A DNA stretch of 64,000 bases from a bacterium (lineage in GTDB: Bacteria > Patescibacteriota > Minisyncoccia > Phycocordibacterales > GCA-002787175): assembly GCA_030699905.1 (NCBI GenBank), contig JAUYKQ010000027.1, positions 1,293-65,292 on the forward strand, written 5' to 3'. Below, in pieces: positions 56,432 to 64,000 of the stretch. Each line of letters starts with the position of its first letter. The stretch's first letter is position 1. The notes beneath the pieces are model-generated. The model was not told the origin of the DNA. It saw only the letters and a list, made by a program, of their open reading frames with translations, and did no database searches. Both the position numbers and the translations under genes were made by a program.

Positions 56432-57376
56432 ATGAATAATGAAACACAAATAAATCAGGGAGGTCAGATAAATGAGCAGGTTTCGGGTACGAGCGTCCTG
56501 CCTTCCGGAAGCGCTCTCATGTCGGAGACGTGGGGATTGTACCGCTCCAAGCTTGCGACTCTTATAGGGGTGGCGATAGTGCCTGCTCTCGTCATGTTTT
56601 TATTCGTGAATTTTCTTAACATGGCCCCGGAACAAGGCGGTCAAGGTGGCGCAATGTTAGCTGGCTGGTTCAGTTTTTTTATTTTGGCCGTCCTGGTTCA
56701 GATAATAGTTTACGCTTGGGGACAGATTGCCATTATAGAAGCGGTTTCAGAAACGGGGGAAATTACAGTCGCGGAAAGTTTTGGCAGAGCCAAGAGAAAA
56801 ATCGGCTCCTATATCTGGCTCATCATTTTGAGTTCCTTTTTTGTTATGGGAGGTTCGCTTTTGTTCATCATACCGGGCATGATTTTCGGAATTTGGTTTG
56901 TTTTTGGGGTTTACATTATCGTCTGTGAAAATGAAAAGGGATTCAGAGCTCTTTTGAAGTCAAGAGAATATATGCGCAGTAGAACCTTTAAAGTGCTTTG
57001 GCGGCTTTTCGTGGTTGGGTTTGCCGCCCTTATAGGAAGCGTTGTTTTAAATGTCGCTTTCATGCCGTTTGGCAAGGAAATGGGCGCGTCAATAGCCAGA
57101 TTACTGTTTGCCGTAGTCGTTTCTCCGTTTGTGGCAGCTTACATGTATCTTCTGTTTATCCGCCTCAGAGAAGCCAGAGGCGCTTTTGTTTTTGAACCGG
57201 AAACTAAAACCAAAGTTGCTTATATCGGCACGGCCCTTCTGGGCTTTATACTTATGCCGGCTGTACTCCTCGGTATTCTGTTTTTCAAATTTGACGAAAT
57301 AAAAGCAACGATAACTCCGATGAATGCGTATGAGGAAATGAGTGAGGACGAGGGGGTTATTGAACTTAAACCATGA
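56432..57376 (+). CDS. Hypothetical polytopic membrane protein
   Basis: Multiple TM helices. Gln/Gly-rich N-terminus. Confidence 0.5.
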   Translation: MNNETQINQGGQINEQVSGTSVLPSGSALMSETWGLYRSKLATLIGVAIVPALVMFLFVNFLNMAPEQGGQGGAMLAGWFSFFILAVLVQIIVYAWGQIAIIEAVSETGEITVAESFGRAKRKIGSYIWLIILSSFFVMGGSLLFIIPGMIFGIWFVFGVYIIVCENEKGFRALLKSREYMRSRTFKVLWRLFVVGFAALIGSVVLNVAFMPFGKEMGASIARLLFAVVVSPFVAAYMYLLFIRLREARGAFVFEPETKTKVAYIGTALLGFILMPAVLLGILFFKFDEIKATITPMNAYEEMSEDEGVIELKP

Positions 57377-57969
57377 TAGTTGTTGACGTAGAAACGACCG
57401 GAACAGACCCACACGTTCACGGTATTGTATCCGTTGGGGCCGTGGATTTGGCAAGTCCGGAAAGGAGGTTTTACGATGAGTGTCGCGTCTTTGAAGGCGC
57501 CCATGTGATGGAAGAAGCTCTCGGTATAAACGGTTTTACGGAAAAAGAAATACACGATCCGAGCAAAAAAACCGAAGAACAAGTTTTGAGGTCTTTTATT
57601 CCTTGGGCCATGGATACCGATGACCACACCTTGGCGGGACACAATCCTATTTTTGATATTTCCATGCTTCAAACGGCCGCCAAACGATACGGACTTGATT
57701 GGCCTTTTCCGCACAGGAGTATAGACAGTCATTCTGTTTGTTTTGCTCACATGATATGGAAAGGGAAGAAACCGCCGACAGAAAAGGGCAGGACAGCTCT
57801 TAACCTTGATTCCGTCTTAAAATATGTCGGTTTACCGCCTGAACCAAGGCCACACAACGGCCTGCAAGGAGCTTTACGGGCGGCGGAAGCGCTGTCGCGA
57901 CTTCTTTACGGCAAGGGTCTTTTGCCGGAGTTTGAAAAATGCCCCATTTGGGGAGATTTGCCCTCTTGA
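57373..57969 (+). CDS. DEDD-family 3'-5' exonuclease (DnaQ-like)
   Basis: Exo I motif VVDVETTG. Downstream HNPIFD and H...D consistent with DEDDh. Confidence 0.75.
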   Translation: MIVVDVETTGTDPHVHGIVSVGAVDLASPERRFYDECRVFEGAHVMEEALGINGFTEKEIHDPSKKTEEQVLRSFIPWAMDTDDHTLAGHNPIFDISMLQTAAKRYGLDWPFPHRSIDSHSVCFAHMIWKGKKPPTEKGRTALNLDSVLKYVGLPPEPRPHNGLQGALRAAEALSRLLYGKGLLPEFEKCPIWGDLPS

Positions 57970-58170
57970 TTTGGCAAAGCGTTGATTTTGTTGTTCAATT
58001 TAAATGAGTTGTCTCGCCTAAAAAACGGCTCTGCAGAGCCGTTTTTTAGGCGATTGATAATCCTGCTTTTCTCTTTTTAGTATTGACAATGAAAACGTTT
58101 TATGCTAATATATAAAGACAGTCAGACGAAAGTCTGATTTTAAATTTTATCTCTGGACCTTTACGGAAAG

Positions 58171-58665
58171 GTGAACGGAGAGATTATGATAGAACTTACA
58201 ATTTCATCAATGCTTATGCTTTCGGCCTTCTATGGGGGCGCGGGAGCGACCGAAGTATCTTCGGCTAAAAGCACAATTCCAGTTCAAGTTAACATTAACC
58301 AAATCAGTGAAAGGGAAGGGGAGGTAGACGAAAATAAAATATATCCTCTTACTCTTGAACAGTACGTCAGAGAGTATTTTGAGGAAGAACCCATTCTTGC
58401 CGAAATAGCCAAGTGCGAATCAACATTCAGGCACTTTGGAAAAAATGGGAAAGTTATTCGCGGTATCCAAAACAGGGAAGACGTTGGTCTCATGCAGATT
58501 AACGAATACTTCCATGGCGATAGCGCAAAGAAGAACGGCTTTGACATCTATTCTCTTGAGGGGAACATGTCCTATGCCAAATGGCTTTACGAAAGGCAGG
58601 GAAGCGTCCCTTGGGTGCACTCTTCCAAGTGCTGGAAGAAAAGCGAACATTTCGCCAAGAAATAA
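58171..58665 (+). CDS. Hypothetical secreted protein, possibly a transglycosylase/lysozyme-like fold
   Basis: Signal-like N-terminus. IAKCES...GLMQIN resembles the catalytic region of lytic transglycosylase-like domains. Weak. Confidence 0.35.
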   Translation: MNGEIMIELTISSMLMLSAFYGGAGATEVSSAKSTIPVQVNINQISEREGEVDENKIYPLTLEQYVREYFEEEPILAEIAKCESTFRHFGKNGKVIRGIQNREDVGLMQINEYFHGDSAKKNGFDIYSLEGNMSYAKWLYERQGSVPWVHSSKCWKKSEHFAKK

Positions 58666-58672
58666 TAGCAGA

Positions 58673-58705
58673 AAAAACACTCGGATTTTGTCCGAGTGTT
58701 TTTTC
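58673..58705. terminator. Bidirectional intrinsic terminator
   Basis: AAAAAACACTCGGATTTTGTCCGAGTGTTTTTT. Confidence 0.75.
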
Positions 58706-58971
58706 TTATCCGCTCAAATCCCCTGCTATCGCTGTAAAGAGAGGGGAGTGGCAGTAGTCCCCCTTAAGAGGAGCGCCTTGCCCCGTTAGAAATTAGAAAG
58801 AGGTTTCTAACGGGGCGGCCTCTCCGGCCGACCCTCCAGAGGGGAGAGAGATAGGGGGTGTGGATAACTTTTTTTGAAGTTCTTTTAAAGATGCTAAAAT
58901 TAATAATCATGGTTCGCATAATTTAAGTTAATCGTACCATGCCGTTAAAATTAAGCCCATAATTTATTGTC

Positions 58972-59922
58972 ATGGATAAAAGCAAAAAACCCCTTCCCTC
59001 TCACCTGCAAGATTTTTTGGATTGGATAGACGTGGAAAAGGGACTTTCTCCAAAGTCGCAAGAAAACTATTCCCGCTTCCTCAAGCGCTTCTTTGATTGG
59101 CTTAAAATTAAAAAACTTGAAGAGCTTAAGCCCCACGAGCTGACTCGCGAGCATGTTTTTGATTACCGTTTGTTTCTGTCGAGATCCACTCGTTCGGCTC
59201 GGACAAACGAACCTCTTAAGAAAAGCACCCAGAACTACTACTTGATAGCCCTGCGGATGTTTTTAAGCTTCTTTGCCCATAGGAACTTCCTGTCACTGCC
59301 TGTTGAGAAGGTTCCATTGGCCAGGGACAAAAGCGAGCGCCACGTGCGTTTTATGGAGCTTGAACAGCTTGAAAAACTTTTTGAGGCGCCTGATATCACT
59401 ACACCTCAAGGCATTCGCGACAGGAGCATTTTAGAGACATTTTTTTCCACCGGACTTCGTATTTCGGAATTAGTGGCTTTAAACGCCGACCAAATAAAAA
59501 TTGGTAAAGGCGGCAGGGAGGTCTTTGAACTTAGTATACAAGGCAAGGGAGGCCGGATACGAACCGTCTATTTTTCTTTGCGCGCCCTTTTGTGGCTTGA
59601 AAAATACATGGAGGTTAGGAGTGACACCCACCCTGCCCTTTTTGTGGCTTTTGGAAAAAATGGTAAAAAAATCAGCCGTTTGACTTCCCGCTCCATAGAA
59701 AAATCGTTTAAGCATTACATAATAAAAGCCGGATTGCCTCTTATAATGACACCGCATGCCATGCGACACAGTTTTGGCACCAACCTTCTTAAAAACGGAG
59801 TCGATTTACGCGTTATTCAAGAATTTTTAGGACATAAAAACATAGCGGCCACTCAAATGTACGCTCATGTGACAAGTAAACAGTTAAAGGACATCCATAA
59901 GAATCTTCACGGGAAGAAATAA
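58972..59922 (+). CDS. xerC: Tyrosine recombinase of the XerC/XerD type
   Basis: N-terminal SAM-like domain. Catalytic R...HxxR...Y (HAMRHSFGTNLL...LGHKNIAATQMYAHV). Confidence 0.85.
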   Translation: MDKSKKPLPSHLQDFLDWIDVEKGLSPKSQENYSRFLKRFFDWLKIKKLEELKPHELTREHVFDYRLFLSRSTRSARTNEPLKKSTQNYYLIALRMFLSFFAHRNFLSLPVEKVPLARDKSERHVRFMELEQLEKLFEAPDITTPQGIRDRSILETFFSTGLRISELVALNADQIKIGKGGREVFELSIQGKGGRIRTVYFSLRALLWLEKYMEVRSDTHPALFVAFGKNGKKISRLTSRSIEKSFKHYIIKAGLPLIMTPHAMRHSFGTNLLKNGVDLRVIQEFLGHKNIAATQMYAHVTSKQLKDIHKNLHGKK

Positions 59923-59936
59923 AAGAGGTATTAAAC

Positions 59937-60078
59937 CTTGAATTACGAAATGTCTTTTTCGGCGAGGTCTTCGTACGCCACGAAGATTTTTTACTAAAAA
60001 TCTCCTCTCTCCGGCGCCAGCCGCGCCTCCGAAGGCGCCTCTCAAACCTCGCCTCAACACCATTTCGTAATTCACGGT
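59937..60078. mobile_element. MITE-like element, family A copy 3
   Basis: TTGAATTACGAAATG...CATTTCGTAATTCACGGT. Spurious ORF 59884..60075. Confidence 0.8.
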
Positions 60079-60170
60079 ATTAAACGCAAGTTCGCGCTTA
60101 CCGAAATAACGGGGATGAGTGAAGGTTTACGGGCTTTGCGAAGCCCGTCGTGACCAAAAACTCCCCTCTC

Positions 60171-60461
60171 TCATCTGAACCACTGTTTTATCTTATCTAT
60201 TATCGGCAAAACAATATCCTGCCACAAAATTCCCACTATAAAATCATTCCATAGCCAAAGGGCCCCTAAAACAATATAGTCGCTCCAGATGAGCTTTAAA
60301 AAATCCCACGTATGCCAAAAAGCAGATTTTATTTTCGGAGAACTTACAAGTTCTTTTAGGTCAAAACCGGAATAAGCAAGGATGAATAATATTATGACAA
60401 GAAGGACGATCCATCGTATGAACCCCCCTCTCCTGTTTTGAGCAAAATTTTTCTTTTTCAT
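60171..60461 (-). CDS. Small Trp-rich membrane protein, hypothetical
   Basis: 96 aa, two hydrophobic helices. Confidence 0.4.
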   Translation of the reverse strand: MKKKNFAQNRRGGFIRWIVLLVIILFILAYSGFDLKELVSSPKIKSAFWHTWDFLKLIWSDYIVLGALWLWNDFIVGILWQDIVLPIIDKIKQWFR

Positions 60462-60521
60462 AAGGTTGCTTTTAAATTATCCCTCTATCTATTCTACCCC
60501 GTTTTTATGTTTACGAGTATC

Positions 60522-61232
60522 TTACGCCGGAGGTTTGTTTTTTGAGACCAGCTTTATTATCCATTGCAATACTGTAGTTAAAAAGTCCTCACCAGCTTGC
60601 GGTTCGTCAAACCACCAGTCCGGTTTTGAAACCGCGATAAGTTCGTTGGAAAAAGCCGTCATGAATTTATGTTTGCTCACTATGGTTGCTTTTTTCGGTG
60701 GCAAGCCCGGGTCGTGAAATTCAAAACTGTCCGCCGTCTGATCGTATATTAGAACGTAATGGCTGTAAAAATCGGGCGTTCCATATAAAGTACCATGGTT
60801 AACTTGGGCGATGATGAAATTGTTCTTGGCCAACTCTGCCACTCTGCTTTCGCTTAAAGTTTCTTTCCTGACTTCGCCACCGGCGTTTAGGAATTTTCTT
60901 GCAAGATCTCTCTCTTTTTCAAAATTGGCCGACGCGTGGGCCTTTTGACTTTCAAAACGATTGTTGTCCCAGAACTGTCGCAGATACTCTGTTCCTTTTT
61001 CAGAAAATTCCTGATAATCAAATCCCTCGTTTATTAATTGGGCACCACCTGTTTTTTCAGCCAAAAATTTCGCTCCTGCAATAGTCCATGTCCAAAGGTT
61101 GTGTTCGTAACTTGTTTCCATGTCAACCGTTTGACTGTCAATAACCGTGCTGGTTTTTGTATCATGCGCCATCCGGACACAGCATTGCAGGCAGTGGTTG
61201 TTGTCTGAATTTTCGTAAAATTTCGGTTCCAT
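60522..61232 (-). CDS. Hypothetical protein, possibly a papain-like (C39-like) cysteine peptidase fold
   Basis: N-terminal Cys cluster (NNHCLQCC) and a distal His (SHYVLIYDQ). Weak. Confidence 0.3.
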   Translation of the reverse strand: MEPKFYENSDNNHCLQCCVRMAHDTKTSTVIDSQTVDMETSYEHNLWTWTIAGAKFLAEKTGGAQLINEGFDYQEFSEKGTEYLRQFWDNNRFESQKAHASANFEKERDLARKFLNAGGEVRKETLSESRVAELAKNNFIIAQVNHGTLYGTPDFYSHYVLIYDQTADSFEFHDPGLPPKKATIVSKHKFMTAFSNELIAVSKPDWWFDEPQAGEDFLTTVLQWIIKLVSKNKPPA

Positions 61233-61249
61233 GGTTTATGCCCTGAGGA

Positions 61250-62656
61250 TTATAGAAATTCAATGGGGTTCATGTATGCTCGCAAATCGGCGACCGGTAT
61301 GGTGGCGGGACTGCACGCTGTGGTTTTGCGTCCGGGTATGTCCGCGAGTTTCATAATTTTAACACCTTCAGTGGCAAAAACAGTCCAGTGCAAATGGGGT
61401 CCGGTGGAATGTCCGGCCCCCGGAGTCCCCGGCATACCTCCCGATAGGCCTATTGTCTCGCCGGTTTTGACTTTATCTCCCGCTTTAACGCTTCGTATTG
61501 ACATATGACCAAAAACGCTGGATAAACCATTTCCGTGGTCAAGCAGAACCCAACCGCCGTATGATTTGCAACCGGTAAAAATGTCCGTGTTACCTGTGCC
61601 TCTTACCGTTCCGGATAAAGGCGCCGAAATTTCCGTGCCGGTTGACGCTCTAAAATCCATGCCGTTATGTCCCCTGCCACCGTAAGCGCCGGATTTGGCA
61701 AAAGGCGTGTTACCGAAGTATTGCGTGACGCAGTTTATAAACCTTGATCCTTCCGGCTCCAAACATGAGGCCGTTGTCGCGTTTGATAGCGGAAATTCAA
61801 ATATTTTTGTGCCCACTTTCGGCAAATTGGACGCGTCAATTTCAAAATGCAGTTGCGACTCTAATTCAAAAAGTTCTTTTTCAAACGCTTCTTTTTCGGC
61901 TTTTCTGCGCTCCACTTCTTTCTTGTACTCGGCTTCTTGGTTTTTTGTTTCTTGGAGCAGACGATCTTGGGCCTTTTTATTGGCTTCCGTGACTTCTTTT
62001 TGGCCGATTATTTTTTCCTTGAAACCCGTGAGCTGTTCTTTCTGCTCAGCAGTTTCGGAACTTTTTTGGCTCAACTGGTCGCGCAGATCGCGAAGCTCCG
62101 TCATTTTGACTCTAACGTCTGCCTGCAGACGGCTTACGGAGGCGCTTTGGTCAAATACTTCGGAAACCGACTGACCTGTTAAGACATAATCAAGCATTGT
62201 CATTTGATCGTTTTCGTCCAGTATTCTTATTGTCTGGGCCAAACCACCTTCACTCGTTTCTATTTTTTTCGTGACGGTTGATATCTCGTTTGAAAGATGC
62301 TCTATTGTCAAAGACGCCGCCTGTATTCTGTTTTCCGTAATGGCTATTTCGGAAAGCAGTTTTTTTCTTTCGGTATTTAGTCGGCTTATCGCCGTCTGAA
62401 GCGTCTTGGCCTCTTCTCCAGTTTTGGCTATCTGGCTTTCATATTTGACGATTTCTTTTTCCAGTTCTGAAATTTTTTGATTTCTTTCTTGTATCCCCTC
62501 TTGAAGTTTTTCAATCGTGGAGTTCTGGGCATAAACTCTATTAATGTCGGCCGGTAAAGCGAAAAGCAAAGAAAAAAACAAAACTATAGCCGAAGCCGAC
62601 AAAAAAACGACCATCCAAACATTTTTTTTCTTGTTTATTTTCGTGTTTCTATGCAT
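61250..62656 (-). CDS. M23 (LytM-domain) peptidase with an N-terminal TM and long coiled coil (EnvC-like)
   Basis: HxxxD (GRGHNGMDF) and HxH (GPHLHW) M23 motifs. About 250 aa of heptad-rich coiled coil. Confidence 0.85.
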   Translation of the reverse strand: MHRNTKINKKKNVWMVVFLSASAIVLFFSLLFALPADINRVYAQNSTIEKLQEGIQERNQKISELEKEIVKYESQIAKTGEEAKTLQTAISRLNTERKKLLSEIAITENRIQAASLTIEHLSNEISTVTKKIETSEGGLAQTIRILDENDQMTMLDYVLTGQSVSEVFDQSASVSRLQADVRVKMTELRDLRDQLSQKSSETAEQKEQLTGFKEKIIGQKEVTEANKKAQDRLLQETKNQEAEYKKEVERRKAEKEAFEKELFELESQLHFEIDASNLPKVGTKIFEFPLSNATTASCLEPEGSRFINCVTQYFGNTPFAKSGAYGGRGHNGMDFRASTGTEISAPLSGTVRGTGNTDIFTGCKSYGGWVLLDHGNGLSSVFGHMSIRSVKAGDKVKTGETIGLSGGMPGTPGAGHSTGPHLHWTVFATEGVKIMKLADIPGRKTTACSPATIPVADLRAYMNPIEFL

Positions 62657-62660
62657 AAAT

Positions 62661-63998
62661 TCATTTTAGCATTTGAATCGCCGTGCTCAACCTTTCCAAT
62701 GTTTCTTTCTTTCCAAGAATGTCGGCGAGAGTAAACGGGTCCGGCGACTTTTCTCTGCCTGAAAGCGCGTAACGAAATGGCCAAAGCACCTCCCCTCTTC
62801 CCTCTTGTTCGGCATATTTCCAAATCGCCTCTTTTATTTTTTCGGCGCTAAAATTTTCTTCCGGCAAAACACTGACTTTCTCGCTTATTTTTATGATGTG
62901 TTTTATTGTCGTCTCTTTTGAAGTGTCTTTCCACGACAGTTTTTTCGGTTCATACGAAGGTAACTCAAAATAATATTGAAAATCGCCTTCGCGGTTCATT
63001 CTTCCTATGTCGCTCATTTTGGAAATTCTTTCCAGAACAGTCGGCGCTATTCTCTTTACTCTGTCGGGGCATTTTTCGGAGCTTGGGATTTCTTTTTTTA
63101 TTTCCGCGATTATAAGATCGTAAATGTCAGGTATTTTTTTCAGGTATTCTTTGTTTAGCCAGTCCAATTTTTCTCTGTTAAACACGGCTCCTCCTTTTTG
63201 GACGTTCTCAAGAGAGAATTCTTGCGTGAGCTCCTCTGCCGTAAATATTTCCTTTTCGGTCTTCGGGTTCCACCCGAGCAAAGCCAAAAAGTTCATAAGG
63301 GCCTCTGCCAAGTACCCCTCTTCCCTGTAATACGTAACCGAAACAGATTGGCCGTGTTTGCGTTTGGAAAGTTTGCTTTTATCAGGCGCCAAAATGAGTG
63401 GCAAATGAGCGTAAATGGGGCGAGGCGCTTCTATGGCTTCTTGGATCAGTATTTGCCTTGGTGTGTTTGAAAGATGGTCTTCTCCGCGTATTACGTGCGA
63501 TATTTTTTGTTCAAAGTCGTCAACAACAACCGCCAAATGATACAGCGGTTCATCTTTTGATTTGGCAATAACAAAGTCCTTAAGCTCCGCGGTATCAAAA
63601 GTCACCTCTCCCCTTATGATGTCGGAAAAAGTCACTTTCTTACCCGGATTTCTGAAACGAATAACCTCTACTTCCCCACTGCCTTCTTTGGCCGGTTCTT
63701 TTGAAATATAGGCCATGTCATCCGCCAAAAGTTTTTCAAGATACTTTTTGTAAATTTCCGTCCGATCCGACTGGCGGCAAAAATCTTTCCAAGCGAGGCC
63801 GAACCAATTCAACCCGTCCAAAATATTGTCCTCATATTCTTTTTTGGATCGTGCCTTGTCAGTGTCTTCAAGCCGAAGGACCATCTCCCCACCGTTTTGA
63901 CGAGCAAAAAGGTAGTTGAAAAGAGCGGTTCTGGCTCCGCCAACGTGCAGAGTTCCCGTGGGAGAAGGCGCGAAACGAGTTATGACTTTTCGACTCAT
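62661..63998 (-). CDS. gltX: Glutamyl-tRNA synthetase
   Basis: HIGH-type (PSPTGTLHVGGARTALFNY) and KMSKS-type (KLSKRK) class I motifs. Confidence 0.95.
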   Translation of the reverse strand: MSRKVITRFAPSPTGTLHVGGARTALFNYLFARQNGGEMVLRLEDTDKARSKKEYEDNILDGLNWFGLAWKDFCRQSDRTEIYKKYLEKLLADDMAYISKEPAKEGSGEVEVIRFRNPGKKVTFSDIIRGEVTFDTAELKDFVIAKSKDEPLYHLAVVVDDFEQKISHVIRGEDHLSNTPRQILIQEAIEAPRPIYAHLPLILAPDKSKLSKRKHGQSVSVTYYREEGYLAEALMNFLALLGWNPKTEKEIFTAEELTQEFSLENVQKGGAVFNREKLDWLNKEYLKKIPDIYDLIIAEIKKEIPSSEKCPDRVKRIAPTVLERISKMSDIGRMNREGDFQYYFELPSYEPKKLSWKDTSKETTIKHIIKISEKVSVLPEENFSAEKIKEAIWKYAEQEGRGEVLWPFRYALSGREKSPDPFTLADILGKKETLERLSTAIQMLK

Positions 63999-64000
63999 AA

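Overview
This 64 kb window reads as a chromosomal core region from a small, moderately AT-rich bacterial genome. Gene content and style suggest Patescibacteria/CPR, but that assignment is inferred from gene content only. Everything below is by eye, with no searches run, and coordinates taken from the printed sequence may be off by 1-2 bp.

Genes are tightly packed and mostly housekeeping:
- **Cell envelope:** a division/cell-wall block (mraZ-rsmH-ftsL-ftsI-murF), a rod-shape block (mreB-mreC-mreD-like-pbp2) with a second mreB paralog, and murA.
- **Possible D-Asp cell-wall ligation module:** murE, an Asp/Glu racemase-family gene and an ATP-grasp ligase gene lie together on the minus strand.
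- **Translation:** proS, lysS, cysS, gltX, frr, def-fmt, rplU, rplI, rpmA, and three tRNAs (Asn-GTT, Glu-CTC, Pro-CGG).
- **DNA metabolism:** dnaB, recR, rmuC, mpg, xerC/D-type recombinase, a delta'-like clamp-loader subunit, and a PriA-like protein whose ATPase motifs appear lost.
- **Other:** two type IV pilin-like proteins, a zur-zupT zinc module, a CcdA/thioredoxin disulfide module, corA, ctp, rseP, a DEAD-box helicase, and two large membrane-anchored proteins of unknown function.

The most unusual content is non-coding:
- **Short terminal-inverted-repeat elements (MITE-like):** at least 11 copies of about 135-180 bp in at least four families. Three families share the same ends (CTTTGAATTACGAAA ... 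TTTCGTAAtTCAAAG). An empty fused version of that palindrome and solo ends also occur.
- **Other repeats:** a (CCTAAAT)8 microsatellite, a perfect 27+27 bp palindrome, a GTAAC-rich palindromic element, and a ~185 bp nested palindrome.
- **Structured RNA candidates:** a ~290 nt GC-rich region with a sigma70-like promoter and an intrinsic terminator upstream of zur-zupT, and a ~150 nt GC-rich stem-loop cluster next to tRNA-Glu.

Several ORFs in the six-frame track are artefacts of these repeats. No CRISPR array, transposase or recognisable defence system is present.
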